Source: a phage. Taken from it: a stretch of 64,000 nucleotides of DNA. Location of the stretch: the sequence record PZ402305.1, one strand, 5' to 3'. Each line of letters starts with the position of its first letter. Position 1 is the first letter of the stretch. The position numbers were made by a program, and so were the translations under genes. The notes under the pieces were generated by a model, which saw only the letters and a program-made list of their open reading frames with translations, did no database searches and was not told the DNA's origin. This document shows positions 8,742 to 19,135 of the stretch, in pieces.

Positions 8742-11339
8742 TCAGTGACAACTGGCCCAGGAATTCCCCACATCATATCCAGCAGTAAGCTGAACATTAA
8801 GATTGTAAAATTCTCCAGCCTTAGTAACAGCTAAGGCAGCAAGTTCACCTGCCCGACTATAGGCTGTAAACCATCCACCTTTGGGAGATTCATGAATGTT
8901 AGCCCAAATTTGTCCCGTCTCTTTTTCCTTATTATGCTTCCATTCTTCAACTTTAGCAAGGCATTCTTTATCAATTTTCTTTTGTTCTTCAGGATCGTCT
9001 ACTTTCTTCCAACCTAATGATTCAGGTGAAAACCATTTAAATTCTACAAGGTTACGAGAAACTTCAAGCTGGGCTTCATCGTGATATGCAATCATTTGTT
9101 GCACGAAGTCTTTATTCTTCCAGTCATCTTTAAAGAAGTCAACACTTAGTCCTTCTTCTTCGATCATGTCGTCATAAATAACCATTGCACGTTTAGCACA
9201 GATAACCCCACCACTTTGGAACAGAGAGTTAAGAATCGCGTGAGCAGAACGAGTAGGAACCTTACGACCGTCAATACCCAAAACATATTGTTTACCAGTC
9301 TTAACCCAGAAATCGTTTAAACGTTCTTTAAGACGCGCCAATGGGAATGCAGCTTCCCAGAAAGCATCAAACACTAATTGACCTGTAAACTTATCGCTAC
9401 CAATTGTTTTAGCAACCTTGTCGGCTTGTGCACCATAGGTAATACCATACTTAACAGCTTTAGCAGGACTACGTTCAAATTTACGTCCAATAGTTTCAGT
9501 GATACGTTTTGCCATCATTGTGTGAACATCGTTAGGTTTCTCTAACAACAGAGCGTTACAATATTCGTGTGGCTCCGGCTCGTACCGCCAACAGTAGTGT
9601 GATTCAATTTTTGCTTCCAAAGAGTCGAAGTCGTAGCCGATCTGGAAGTATTTAGGAACCTCTACACCAAACAAGTTACGCATCTCCCATCCAAACAAAG
9701 ATGTGACACGAGGAATATTAGCTACAGATCTATGCTTCATACGAGAGGTTGCAGCATCACATGTAGCGGCTGGGGTAGGAATACGCCCATCCGCCCTTAC
9801 TGCGGCTAAGAAACCTTTATCGTATTCTTGATCTTCTTCATCTTCTTCCCAATCAGCACCGCCACCTAAAATAGAGTTCCTACGATGCTTATACGTTAAG
9901 TATTCTACAATCTGTGTAGCATAAGGAAACTTCTCACCCAAAGCTTGCAGGTTAGGACAAATTTCTTTTTCCTGACCTTTGGTAAAACATGGGTTAGTCA
10001 ATACTTTAAGACCGCGACCTTTACCTTTTGCTATACGCTCTTGAATCTTCCTTTCCAGGGTTTCCGGTGTGCACTCCAGATGATCACAACGATCCTGACA
10101 AAAATTAGAAGATAGAGTTTGCTCAACGTAAGCTCGAATACCTTTCTGAAGTTCTTCCTCGCTCTTTTTAATCTTGGTGCCAGATTTAAGAGTCAAGTCT
10201 TTATCTTTATATTCAGACGGTACCCAACCTAATCCTACAAGCCAGTTTTTAATATGGGTTGTATCGTTCAATGTTGCAGGAATGTTAGGATCACATAGAG
10301 GTTCATCTGCTGCAACTGGCAGTTTCCACTCTTTCCCCAACATAACTAACCACCAATCGCCATCCCTCTCTTCCAAATGACCATCATGTTTCTTAGCAAA
10401 ATTGATCATATGGTTAGTTGGCTCTAAGTTCTTTTTAATTTGCAACTTAGGTGGAATAAAAGCCTTAAGATAACCTTTTGTTGCTGGTTTAGGTGGCAAA
10501 ATAGGCTCAACGAGTAAACGAAGACGCTCCATTTCTGCATCCAAAAAAGCAAGGTTCTCTTCTGCTTGTTTCATGTTAAAAGCAAACCCACGGTGCTCCT
10601 GGCGTGTAATAATGTCTGCTACACGTTGTTCAAGTTCAAATGGACCTTCCCATTTATCATAATCACCCCATTCTTCCATAAGGTAATTATATACGCTCGT
10701 ATTGGCTTTGTTGTCATAGATACAGTAATAAAGCATATCAGCAGCAAAAGTCTTAAATCGATCTTCTTCTGGAATCTCTTTACGGAAATCTATTTTTACA
10801 TCACCACCTGCCTTTCGAGAAAGTGCTGCCAAACTATGTCCTGATTTGCCCTCAATCTTTCGATCTGGGTTTAACACTTTACTCAAAATCAAGGAGTCAA
10901 TAAGTTTTACCTTATTTTTGCCCCACGTATTATATTTAACACTGTAATCTAATCCATAAAACAGTTTTGTAGCCAACCAGTCGTAGTTGATACCGTTGTG
11001 AGCCACAGCCATTTCAACCAGATATTCAGGCTTGTCTTTAAAATAACCTTCATGATTAATAAAATCTGGGAAATCTTTTAGTTGAAAATGTGTGTAATCT
11101 TGCGCCACATACTCTTTAAGAACATATGTGTATTTACCATCTGACTCTTCATAAGGACGCCCATCAAAGATGTATTTAGGGCCATCGTGGAAAGCTACTA
11201 TTTCTCCTGTTTCATGGTTCTCTAAGACAATACAGTGCATTTGAAATGTGTCTTTGAGACGATAAGGACTAGCTAAATAATCAATAGTGTCATTATTCAA
11301 CAATCCGTTTGCTTCAATATCCCATGTAAACTTACTCAC
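8742..11339 (-). CDS. DNA polymerase, family A (Pol I / T7 gp5-like) with 3'-5' exonuclease domain
   Basis: Exo I motif DIEANGL near N-terminus; motif A DFDSLEAKIESH; motif B RSPAKAVKYGITYG (R..AK...YG..YG). Confidence 0.9.
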   Translation of the reverse strand: MSKFTWDIEANGLLNNDTIDYLASPYRLKDTFQMHCIVLENHETGEIVAFHDGPKYIFDGRPYEESDGKYTYVLKEYVAQDYTHFQLKDFPDFINHEGYFKDKPEYLVEMAVAHNGINYDWLATKLFYGLDYSVKYNTWGKNKVKLIDSLILSKVLNPDRKIEGKSGHSLAALSRKAGGDVKIDFRKEIPEEDRFKTFAADMLYYCIYDNKANTSVYNYLMEEWGDYDKWEGPFELEQRVADIITRQEHRGFAFNMKQAEENLAFLDAEMERLRLLVEPILPPKPATKGYLKAFIPPKLQIKKNLEPTNHMINFAKKHDGHLEERDGDWWLVMLGKEWKLPVAADEPLCDPNIPATLNDTTHIKNWLVGLGWVPSEYKDKDLTLKSGTKIKKSEEELQKGIRAYVEQTLSSNFCQDRCDHLECTPETLERKIQERIAKGKGRGLKVLTNPCFTKGQEKEICPNLQALGEKFPYATQIVEYLTYKHRRNSILGGGADWEEDEEDQEYDKGFLAAVRADGRIPTPAATCDAATSRMKHRSVANIPRVTSLFGWEMRNLFGVEVPKYFQIGYDFDSLEAKIESHYCWRYEPEPHEYCNALLLEKPNDVHTMMAKRITETIGRKFERSPAKAVKYGITYGAQADKVAKTIGSDKFTGQLVFDAFWEAAFPLARLKERLNDFWVKTGKQYVLGIDGRKVPTRSAHAILNSLFQSGGVICAKRAMVIYDDMIEEEGLSVDFFKDDWKNKDFVQQMIAYHDEAQLEVSRNLVEFKWFSPESLGWKKVDDPEEQKKIDKECLAKVEEWKHNKEKETGQIWANIHESPKGGWFTAYSRAGELAALAVTKAGEFYNLNVQLTAGYDVGNSWASCH

Positions 11340-12133
11340 TATTCCTCCTTTCTAATGTTCTCCAGAACCCACTGAAGTTCTTTTAAACTTAAACTTCTTA
11401 CTCCCGCAGTTTTACTAGCTTCAGCTTTAAGTAACGGGTAAGCCTCAATGATACGTGTTTTAAGATCAGAAGTCAAGGCTTTTAAAAAGTAGGTAGAGGC
11501 TTCAGATAAAGAATCCTCTTCTGATAACACTTTACCTGCACTTGCTCCCGCTCTCCTAACGGCTATGTCGTAGTCTTTACTGTTGCCTAATACGAATAGT
11601 CGATTTTCTCCTAAAACAACGGGAGAACGCTTCTCGTTGCGTTTAATCCATATCTGGAATACACAAGGAACATCCCAAGGTTCTCCATGAAGAATAAAAG
11701 ATCCTTTTGGACATTCTTCTTCGTAAAGAAGATGCATGTGGGGATTTAGTTTGTGTGCAAAAAAGATTTTTTGAAATGTGCGAGGCAAGATAAAACAAAT
11801 ACCACCTTCGTTATCCAGCATTTCAGCACAATGGTTAAAGAATTTAATGGCAAGACTAGCATTTTTTCCAAACGGAGGATTACCGACAAAAGCAGTTACA
11901 CTGCCAACAGACTCAACAGATTGAGCTAAAAAATCTGCCTCAATACAATCTTCAAACTTAGGGTCAATATCAAAAGAAGTTATGTTTTTAAAACAAGAAG
12001 AGAAAGCTCCTTCTCCCGCAGATGGTTCTACGTAGTTAGCTTCCTCTCCAAAAATTTCTTTGATCTTATCACATAAGAACCCCGCATAAGCGGGGTTAGT
12101 GTAATATTGATCAAGTGTGTTCAACTTGCTCAA
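11339..12133 (-). CDS. DNA N6-adenine (or N4-cytosine) methyltransferase
   Basis: Motif I EPSAGEGAF followed by motif IV VGNPPFGK (NPPF); 264 aa. Confidence 0.65.
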   Translation of the reverse strand: MSKLNTLDQYYTNPAYAGFLCDKIKEIFGEEANYVEPSAGEGAFSSCFKNITSFDIDPKFEDCIEADFLAQSVESVGSVTAFVGNPPFGKNASLAIKFFNHCAEMLDNEGGICFILPRTFQKIFFAHKLNPHMHLLYEEECPKGSFILHGEPWDVPCVFQIWIKRNEKRSPVVLGENRLFVLGNSKDYDIAVRRAGASAGKVLSEEDSLSEASTYFLKALTSDLKTRIIEAYPLLKAEASKTAGVRSLSLKELQWVLENIRKEE

Positions 12134-12142
12134 TAGTCCTCC

Positions 12143-12574
12143 TTAGTTGTTAGCGAACTCAATAGTGAGGTCAACTTTACCATCGTCAGAAATAACCATG
12201 TTTTTGGTATTTTTAAAGATGATATCTACTTTACCTTCACTTACACGACAGAATGCAACACCATCTGCAACTTTATCGATATAATATTTGTAAGAAAGAA
12301 TACCCACTTTACTACGACCAGCACCTTTTGTGAAAGAAGGGCTTACATCGAAACGGAAACCTTTAGAAGAAACAACACGGTAAGAACGTCCAGTTGGAAG
12401 ATGTTCAATAACAGAGACATTGTTCTCAACAACTTTTACAGCAAACTCTTCAGGATGATCCTCAACAATCATATGTGGGATGGCAAATGCCAACGCTTGT
12501 TTGTGTTTAATAACACCAGCACCCAGAGCACCAGCAGCTTTAACTTTTGCATTCAGATCGATTGTCATACGCAT
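12143..12574 (-). CDS. hypothetical protein
   Basis: 143 aa ORF with own sigma70-like promoter (rc TTGACA-17-TATACT at 12608-12636) and RBS gaggag. Confidence 0.55.
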   Translation of the reverse strand: MRMTIDLNAKVKAAGALGAGVIKHKQALAFAIPHMIVEDHPEEFAVKVVENNVSVIEHLPTGRSYRVVSSKGFRFDVSPSFTKGAGRSKVGILSYKYYIDKVADGVAFCRVSEGKVDIIFKNTKNMVISDDGKVDLTIEFANN

Positions 12575-12607
12575 TTTTACTTCTCCTCTTGTTTGGTTGA
12601 TGAGACA

Positions 12608-12636
12608 AGTATAAGTCCCTTCCGTAAAGTTGTCAA
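12608..12636 (-). promoter_or_regulatory. sigma70-like promoter for 12143..12574
   Basis: Minus strand reads TTGACA-17 nt-TATACT; preceded by cUUCGg hairpin terminator (12655-12666) after primase-helicase stop. Confidence 0.55.
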
Positions 12637-12666
12637 CAGGTATTTTTAATAAAAGGGCCGAAGCCC

Positions 12667-14445
12667 TTAATAGTTGCTATCCGTAGGCAAATTAGCAGGA
12701 TTGTTGAAATACTGCTCTTTGTCATGCAGAGTTGCAGTTCTAATGTCATAGTAAAACTGCCCTGCCGGACCAGTTTCCGAGAACTCACGGTTTTTTAGGA
12801 TAAAGCAATGAGTCGTATTGCGTTCTACAGGGTCTTCAGCGGCTTTATCTCGTTCCAAAGCCAAGGTAATACCAGCACCTTTAGCCAAGAAACTACTACC
12901 CATTGCATCGTCCTCTGTTAAGTGTTCATTGCCACCATTAGCCGACTTCTTAACGTGTGAGATGACGATAATGGTTATAGCATACTCTTTCATGATGCGC
13001 TTCAACCATGTTGCTAACTCTTCCTGGGCTTGAACATCCATACCAGAAAGCAAATCAGAATAAGGGTCGATAACAAGAATTGTTACTCCAAAATAGATGA
13101 TCATCTCCAAAACTTTTTCTTTGATAGACTCCACATCTGCTCCACGATCATCACACACATAAAAACGTGGTGATCCATCTTCTCTTTCGTAAAAATCTAG
13201 GATTTTTTCTTTATTCTCTTCCAAGATTTGAAATTTCTCTTCCGGTGTTTTCCTGTGTAGAGGAATATGCAGGAACGAGGACAACAGGTTACGAGAATAT
13301 TTCTTATAAGTTGCTTCCAAGGACAGAATACCTAGGGTATGTTCTGGGTGTGCAACAATAATATGTTTGGTGATCTCATTCACCATCAAAGTTTTACCGA
13401 TACTGGTCTTTGCCAGGATGACTGTAATCTCTTCCTCTACTAAACCACCACCCAGCATATTTGCAGCAACACGCATAAAAGGAGGCAAGGTAATCATCTT
13501 GGATTCCAAGCATTCTAATGCAGCTTCATACAAGACATTAGAAGCATAAACACCTGCTGGGGTGTATAGACGAGCACTCCAAAAAGCTTTTACGAAATCT
13601 TTTGCACGACCTTCTTCCAGATACTGATTGGCATCCTTAAGATCCATCTGCATACGGTAGACTTTGTTACGAGGCAGCACCTTAACAATATTTTCAAATG
13701 CCTCATTACCTGCTTTGTCATTATCCATGCAAACAATAATCTTCTTAAATTTTTCAAAGAAAGGATATTGTGCCTGAACTTGTTTATACATACTGGTTTC
13801 ACCAGTTGTGCCACTAACTACTGCTGGAAGTTCATATTTGTTGTCCAAGTTTTCAGACAGCATTTGATAAGCTGCCAGAGCATCGTGTTCACCACCTGTA
13901 ATTACCACAGTATGAGAACGGTCTGCAAAACGAATTTGTCCAAAAAGATCTACATCTTTACCTACTTGACCAATAGGTTTGCTGAAATCTTTAGGATGAA
14001 TACGACGCTTAAAACCAACCAACTCTTTACCGATAGTAGTTGGATATAAACAACTTTCTACTACCATCTGATCCCCTTCCTGACGGTATTCATAACGAAC
14101 ACCATAGAAAGATGAAACTTTTTCTTTAATGCCTCGATAACCACGTGGGTTGGTTGATGTTTCTTGAACAATTTTACGATGAATCTGTTTATTAAATTCC
14201 GAACCCACAATCTCCTCCTCTTCTTCTAAAACTTCACCATTTTCTCGTAACCATTCTACGCTAGGAATAGTGTATTCACACGCAAAGCACTTAGCACCCT
14301 TATGCTCTCCATTAGAATCTAATCCATAAACCATCAGGTTATTACGAGAGCGATCCTTGCCATTTTTCATGCAGCGCGGACAACCTGTATGCCCTTCCTT
14401 GCTAAGATCAACATCAAATCCATATTTAGTTATAATGTGCGACAC
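12667..14445 (-). CDS. bifunctional DNA primase/helicase (T7 gp4-like)
   Basis: N-terminal CxxC...CxxC zinc-binding segment (CPRCMKNG...CFACEY); C-terminal Walker A AKTSIGKT and Walker B-like VLVIDPYSDL. Confidence 0.75.
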   Translation of the reverse strand: MSHIITKYGFDVDLSKEGHTGCPRCMKNGKDRSRNNLMVYGLDSNGEHKGAKCFACEYTIPSVEWLRENGEVLEEEEEIVGSEFNKQIHRKIVQETSTNPRGYRGIKEKVSSFYGVRYEYRQEGDQMVVESCLYPTTIGKELVGFKRRIHPKDFSKPIGQVGKDVDLFGQIRFADRSHTVVITGGEHDALAAYQMLSENLDNKYELPAVVSGTTGETSMYKQVQAQYPFFEKFKKIIVCMDNDKAGNEAFENIVKVLPRNKVYRMQMDLKDANQYLEEGRAKDFVKAFWSARLYTPAGVYASNVLYEAALECLESKMITLPPFMRVAANMLGGGLVEEEITVILAKTSIGKTLMVNEITKHIIVAHPEHTLGILSLEATYKKYSRNLLSSFLHIPLHRKTPEEKFQILEENKEKILDFYEREDGSPRFYVCDDRGADVESIKEKVLEMIIYFGVTILVIDPYSDLLSGMDVQAQEELATWLKRIMKEYAITIIVISHVKKSANGGNEHLTEDDAMGSSFLAKGAGITLALERDKAAEDPVERNTTHCFILKNREFSETGPAGQFYYDIRTATLHDKEQYFNNPANLPTDSNY

Positions 14446-14457
14446 TTTGTTCTCCTG

Positions 14458-14736
14458 TTAAAATGGTTCGTTAGTCTCCATCATATATTCTGCTTCTAGT
14501 TCTTCCATGTGCTTTCTAAATTGGAAAGCAATTTCTGCTACAGTTACATTTAAATCTTTTTCAAAAACTTCTGTAGAGCCTTCATAAAAACGAATACCGT
14601 CAATTAAAAGCCCTCCGTGGTAATCCCAATCACTTTCACGAGAAAGCGGGTTAGGCTCTTCATAATAGTAATCCACCTCCACGACTAAGGCTTTCCCGTT
14701 ACGAGTGGTGTATTCAAAATCAAAAGTGTTAATCAT
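14458..14736 (-). CDS. hypothetical protein
   Basis: 92 aa ORF tightly packed between primase-helicase and glycosyltransferase. Confidence 0.45.
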   Translation of the reverse strand: MINTFDFEYTTRNGKALVVEVDYYYEEPNPLSRESDWDYHGGLLIDGIRFYEGSTEVFEKDLNVTVAEIAFQFRKHMEELEAEYMMETNEPF

Positions 14737-15680
14737 TATAGCTCCTCAAATAAAAGTCTACGACGCTCATTCAACACATCAATGTGATAATGAGTCCTGA
14801 CATACTTAGCTAATGCTAATCCTTTCTCCATGCAAACATCGGGAGCACTTAATAAGTATTCCGTAATATCTTTCCACTCGGAAGGTGTTTCAGCAAAGAA
14901 TAACAAATCTTTAAACTCTTGTGTATGATAATTCTCACGAGGAGAACAGATCAAAGGTAAACCCTTAGCACCTGCCTCAAGAATTTTAAGATTGCTTTTT
15001 GCATTATTAAACACGTTATCAAGCAATGGCGCAAGACTGATTTGATGACCATCGTAAGATTCCATGTAGTTGGCATATGGTCTTACACCTTCATAAACAC
15101 AAGTTGGTGCTACATTTTCTCTGATCACAGACCATTCACGACTACTTAAAACTTCAGAATCCCTACGAAAACCACATATTGTAAGATCTTTACCAAAATC
15201 GGGCAAGATAGCCAAATCTTGTTTATGTGTTTCACTTCCAGCCCAGACTAATGGAGTTTTGGAGTAGCGATCACGGGTCAACACAAATTGACCTTCATCG
15301 TAAGGAAGACCATTAGGGATTATGTGCACATTATCATTGTATTGTGAAAGTTCAACTTGCAAAGCAGGTGTCGTAGTTGTAACAAGATCGCTGTGCTCTA
15401 AAAACCATTTTAAATGTTCACGAATACCTGATTCAAAAATACCTTCTAACATGTGTCCTTTTGGAATAACTAAAGAGTCATCCAAATCCATAACCATTTT
15501 AAAGCCTAGGTTTTTAAGGGCTAAAAAGCCCTCTTTACCTTTTGTTGGCACTCCGTTAAAAACGAAAACGTTGTGTTTAGGTTGTGAAGAGAACTGCCTT
15601 GAGTAAGGCAGCACTACCCTATGGAAATCGCAGACACTATAATTGATTCCGTTACGATTGTCAAGAATTATTTGTCCCAT
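14736..15680 (-). CDS. glycosyltransferase (GT-B fold, GT4-like), paralog 1
   Basis: C-terminal KILEAGAKGLPLICS resembles GT1/GT4 nucleotide-sugar binding motif; paralogous to 15688..16635 (shared CD(F/Y)HR(V/I)V(L/I)P and KSNLKILEAGAKG). Confidence 0.5.
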   Translation of the reverse strand: MGQIILDNRNGINYSVCDFHRVVLPYSRQFSSQPKHNVFVFNGVPTKGKEGFLALKNLGFKMVMDLDDSLVIPKGHMLEGIFESGIREHLKWFLEHSDLVTTTTPALQVELSQYNDNVHIIPNGLPYDEGQFVLTRDRYSKTPLVWAGSETHKQDLAILPDFGKDLTICGFRRDSEVLSSREWSVIRENVAPTCVYEGVRPYANYMESYDGHQISLAPLLDNVFNNAKSNLKILEAGAKGLPLICSPRENYHTQEFKDLLFFAETPSEWKDITEYLLSAPDVCMEKGLALAKYVRTHYHIDVLNERRRLLFEEL

Positions 15681-15687
15681 ACTTCAC

Positions 15688-16635
15688 CTACAAACTTTCA
15701 ATAACCTGGCGTCGCAACTCGTTTGCATCTGCCAGATTATAATGTGTTCGAACATGTTCAGCCAAGAACAAGCCACGATCTTCCCGATAGTTTGGATTGC
15801 GAAGAAGCTTAACAATTTCGTAATGCCATTCTGCTTTATTCTCTGCGTAAGCAACAGCGCGAGCATCTACAGGGTTAAAATAAGGTAATACCTTAGAACA
15901 AACAATTGGAATACCTTTTGCTCCAGCTTCCAGGATTTTGAGATTACTTTTACAATTATTAAAATCATTATCTACCAAAGGAGCTATAGCAATAGCATGA
16001 CTTTCGTAAACACTCATGTAATTATCTAAATCTTTTACAGCGGCTTTATATTTGGCATTTGGTAAATTTCTGCGAATCTTAATCCACTCTTGTCCCGTGA
16101 TGCTTTGTGATGCTTCATATCCCGCAATAGTAAGAAGTTCATCATCGAAAGTATTAGAGACTAGTCGTAAGTCTGGTTCGTGACTAGCACCGCCAGCCCA
16201 TACAACAGGGGTACCGGATGAACGATCATTTGACAAAGTGAATTGTCCGCTATCAAAAGGAAGTGCATTTCGGATCACAACAACATTCCTATTTAAGTGA
16301 CGGATCTTATATGCCAAATATTCCGTAGTCACAATAACCACATCAGCAAGCTTAACCATAGCTACAATAGCATGAGTGTTTGACTCGTATAGACTTGCTA
16401 AATAATGTTCTGGATTAAGTTGGTAAAAATCATCTAAGTCTACAACAACCTTAACACCTTGACGTTTCAAAGATAAAACGTATTCTGCACCTTTAGAGTG
16501 GATACGGTTAAACACAACAACATCTTTCTTAGGTTGAATATTATTGTTGTTAAATGGTATAACAATACGATGATAGTCACAACCGCTGTGAGGTTTTGCA
16601 TCAATTTTTAGTTTAGACCATTTTTTATTTGACAT
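15688..16635 (-). CDS. glycosyltransferase (GT-B fold, GT4-like), paralog 2
   Basis: KILEAGAKGIPIVCS motif; tandem paralog of 14736..15680. Confidence 0.5.
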   Translation of the reverse strand: MSNKKWSKLKIDAKPHSGCDYHRIVIPFNNNNIQPKKDVVVFNRIHSKGAEYVLSLKRQGVKVVVDLDDFYQLNPEHYLASLYESNTHAIVAMVKLADVVIVTTEYLAYKIRHLNRNVVVIRNALPFDSGQFTLSNDRSSGTPVVWAGGASHEPDLRLVSNTFDDELLTIAGYEASQSITGQEWIKIRRNLPNAKYKAAVKDLDNYMSVYESHAIAIAPLVDNDFNNCKSNLKILEAGAKGIPIVCSKVLPYFNPVDARAVAYAENKAEWHYEIVKLLRNPNYREDRGLFLAEHVRTHYNLADANELRRQVIESL

Positions 16636-17308
16636 GTGCTAGTGCCTCCTCATAGGAAATTCGGATTTTCCCATTTTTAATATCCTCTAAAGATGCTTTA
16701 TATTCTTCCCAGTTAATCCCAATAGCAGCCTCTTTCTCTTCTTTTGTCAGGTTAGCAAAAGGCATAGGATTGTTTCCAAAAACATCGTCTGGGTGGATAT
16801 AAGCCATGATACGAAGTGGACAAGGTGTTGCCTGAATACCATGATTCAAACCAGCAGCTTGCAAACGGTGTCCCCATTCAGCATCTTCAAAACCATAACC
16901 GTGAGTGTAAGGACGGAAATAACCCATCTTCTCAACAACGGCACGAGAATACATTGCAAATTGACACATTGCAAGTTCCCAGAGAATAACTTCTCCTTTG
17001 CTTCCAACAACTTTATCTTTGAAATACTCCGGCATACCAAAGAAATCCCATCCTCCAGAGACAGCTTGATCTACAAAGTATGTTTCCCATCCCTCCATGA
17101 CTGGGTAGCAATCATCGTCAAAAATAAACCAATAATCATAACCTTCTTCATAAAACTGGTGCATAAGTTCATTCCTGGCATAAGCTACACCTTTACGATC
17201 TGGATCGTTGAATACTCGAAAATCTGCACGTGGATCTGTTACAAGGTAGTCTTTAAGTGGACGGACACCTACAGTGATAACACCCACTCCGATTTTAATA
17301 TTTTCCAT
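16625..17308 (-). CDS. glycosyltransferase, GT-A fold (DxD)
   Basis: FIFDDDCYP DxD-type motif and YGFEDAEW segment typical of GT2-like enzymes. Confidence 0.45.
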   Translation of the reverse strand: MENIKIGVGVITVGVRPLKDYLVTDPRADFRVFNDPDRKGVAYARNELMHQFYEEGYDYWFIFDDDCYPVMEGWETYFVDQAVSGGWDFFGMPEYFKDKVVGSKGEVILWELAMCQFAMYSRAVVEKMGYFRPYTHGYGFEDAEWGHRLQAAGLNHGIQATPCPLRIMAYIHPDDVFGNNPMPFANLTKEEKEAAIGINWEEYKASLEDIKNGKIRISYEEALAHVK

Positions 17309-17316
17309 TTTCTCTC

Positions 17317-17880
17317 CTAAATAGTTTTACTGTGATCATGACAGTGTAATAAATGATGTATAGACCGTTGAGGATTTGTTTGACCTAATCTGTAAATGTG
17401 AAACAGATACATTCCCCGCATCAATCCTAACCTCTTTCCTTTTTCATGTAAAGTGCGAGAGAAAATTAAGTCGAATTGGATAGATTTTTCTTCGAAAGGA
17501 ATTTCATTCCACAATGATTTTCTAAAAAGCAAAAAGAAACCTGCCAGAGGTGTTCCGAAAGGAACTTCTTCAACACTTACTTTATGATATTCTCTTGCAA
17601 TCTTAGCATATTCTATATGGTTTAGAATATCGGGATCATCGTTAATTTGGTTAGAGAAAAGCTGATAACCACTACCTAACCTGTTACAAGTTGCACCTAT
17701 TACATCAAAAGGCGGGTTTGACATAACAAGCTCTTCAAGCATAGAGGGTTGATCAGGTAGGAGGAACATTGTATCGGTATCTCTTAAACACACCCAACTA
17801 TCATCTGGAAGAACGGCAATGGCTTCATTGATAGCCTTGCCGATATTTCCTGTCAGATAGGGAGTAATATAATAAATCAT
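17317..17880 (-). CDS. putative GT-A-like glycosyltransferase
   Basis: N-terminal YITPY...NEAIAVLPDDSWVCLRDTDTMF resembles GT-A Rossmann start with DxD (DTD). Confidence 0.35.
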   Translation of the reverse strand: MIYYITPYLTGNIGKAINEAIAVLPDDSWVCLRDTDTMFLLPDQPSMLEELVMSNPPFDVIGATCNRLGSGYQLFSNQINDDPDILNHIEYAKIAREYHKVSVEEVPFGTPLAGFFLLFRKSLWNEIPFEEKSIQFDLIFSRTLHEKGKRLGLMRGMYLFHIYRLGQTNPQRSIHHLLHCHDHSKTI

Positions 17881-17896
17881 TCTCCCCTCCGTTATA

Positions 17897-18088
17897 TTAA
17901 CTGTCAGCTACAATCCCACGTTTAATCATTTCTTGTTGGATCTGAATCACACGATCTCGTGCTTCCATATATTCTTTAAAAGATTCTTGGAGATGGTCAC
18001 GGGCTACGTCCCGTAGTTTAATCAGTTTGTCGTTTGTCACTTCTTGAAGACAGATCTCGCCAGTTTCATTGGTCCCAAGCGTTTTCAT
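17897..18088 (-). CDS. hypothetical protein
   Basis: 63 aa ORF in operon context. Confidence 0.4.
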   Translation of the reverse strand: MKTLGTNETGEICLQEVTNDKLIKLRDVARDHLQESFKEYMEARDRVIQIQQEMIKRGIVADS

Positions 18089-18344
18089 TTACAACCTCCT
18101 TAATAGCTACTGCACAGTTCTTACAAATACATTGACCTTTGTTCTTAGAAATTTCAATGTAAGGTTCATTTTCGTTTTCTCCGCGTCGTGAGTCATATAT
18201 TACTGTATTGAAGCAGACAACGCAAATGTTTTTAATAACGACATATTTTTGCACTTTCTGTTTAGTGCGAAAATTGACTTCAATGACTTCTCCCATCAAT
18301 GAATCTCCCCTAAAATGTTGTTTTGAGACATTACTGCGGAGCAT
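18066..18344 (-). CDS. hypothetical protein
   Basis: 92 aa ORF, Cys pairs (CVVCF...CICKNC). Confidence 0.4.
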   Translation of the reverse strand: MLRSNVSKQHFRGDSLMGEVIEVNFRTKQKVQKYVVIKNICVVCFNTVIYDSRRGENENEPYIEISKNKGQCICKNCAVAIKEVVNENAWDQ

Positions 18345-18580
18345 TCTACAGCATCATGAGTCCTTGCAAAACGCTCCCACAACACAGCATCTACTTTAAG
18401 AACCATACAAGGATAAATACTGTCGTTGATCATGTCAATGCTATATTTATCTACATCCTTTTCATCTTCCATAAACAAAGTAGCGTATGCTTCTAAATGC
18501 TTACGGGTGTAGTATACATCCTCTTCAGTAAGACCGACAACCAGGTAACTTGCTACAACAACAGTATTATCTTCTTGCAT
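18296..18580 (-). CDS. hypothetical protein
   Basis: ORF track 18296..18643; internal ATG at 18580 has RBS aaagggga and avoids overlap with upstream gene. Confidence 0.4.
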   Translation of the reverse strand: MQEDNTVVVASYLVVGLTEEDVYYTRKHLEAYATLFMEDEKDVDKYSIDMINDSIYPCMVLKVDAVLWERFARTHDAVECSAVMSQNNILGEIH

Positions 18581-18581
18581 T

Positions 18582-19103
18582 TTAACTCCCCTTTGGTAGA
18601 TAGAAACCATGCACTTTATCTCGATAAACAAGACGCATATCACGTTCCCAGTGTGTCCTTATATTCCGTTTCTTGAAGTATAGAGCACCTTTAGTAACAT
18701 CTAAAACAGACCGCAATTCAGGAAAATGTTTCTCTAAATAAAGTAAACGCTCCGCTATTGCTTTTGCTTCCTGCCACTTATCTTTCTCTGTTACGTTAAA
18801 AGTTTTCGCATATGAGAATTGCCCTTTCTGGAACAAGACTTCTCTGACTGTGTTAGGGAAGTAGGTATCATTTCTTCTGTTGATTACCACATTCCCAACG
18901 GCATTCATTCCTTTTTTACCCAGACCGCGACCTTCTGCGTAAATTGCACAAGCTAATAGAATTTTATCATTATATTGCTTTGTACATTTGTGAACTACTT
19001 TAGCGGTTTTTACGTTTGCAGCTTCGGCTTTCGCCACAACAGGTGTAAATGTAAAAGCAGTTAAGGATAGTAACGCAACTGTTACAAAGTTTTTTATCAG
19101 CAA
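18582..19103 (-). CDS. secreted cell wall hydrolase, SleB/CwlJ-like
   Basis: N-terminal signal peptide (LLSLTAFTFTPVVAKA); AIYAEGRG...VINRR...F.KGQFSY pattern of SleB-type hydrolases; RBS aaggagg; own promoter. Confidence 0.6.
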   Translation of the reverse strand: MLIKNFVTVALLSLTAFTFTPVVAKAEAANVKTAKVVHKCTKQYNDKILLACAIYAEGRGLGKKGMNAVGNVVINRRNDTYFPNTVREVLFQKGQFSYAKTFNVTEKDKWQEAKAIAERLLYLEKHFPELRSVLDVTKGALYFKKRNIRTHWERDMRLVYRDKVHGFYLPKGS

Positions 19104-19135
19104 ATTTTGCCTCCTTTTTAAGTTAACGAATTTCT

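Noticed and set aside
10174-10844. Plus-strand ORFs inside DNA polymerase and other short antisense ORFs throughout 6-41 kb
   Set aside because: Nested within well-supported minus-strand genes that carry diagnostic motifs; all lack RBS.
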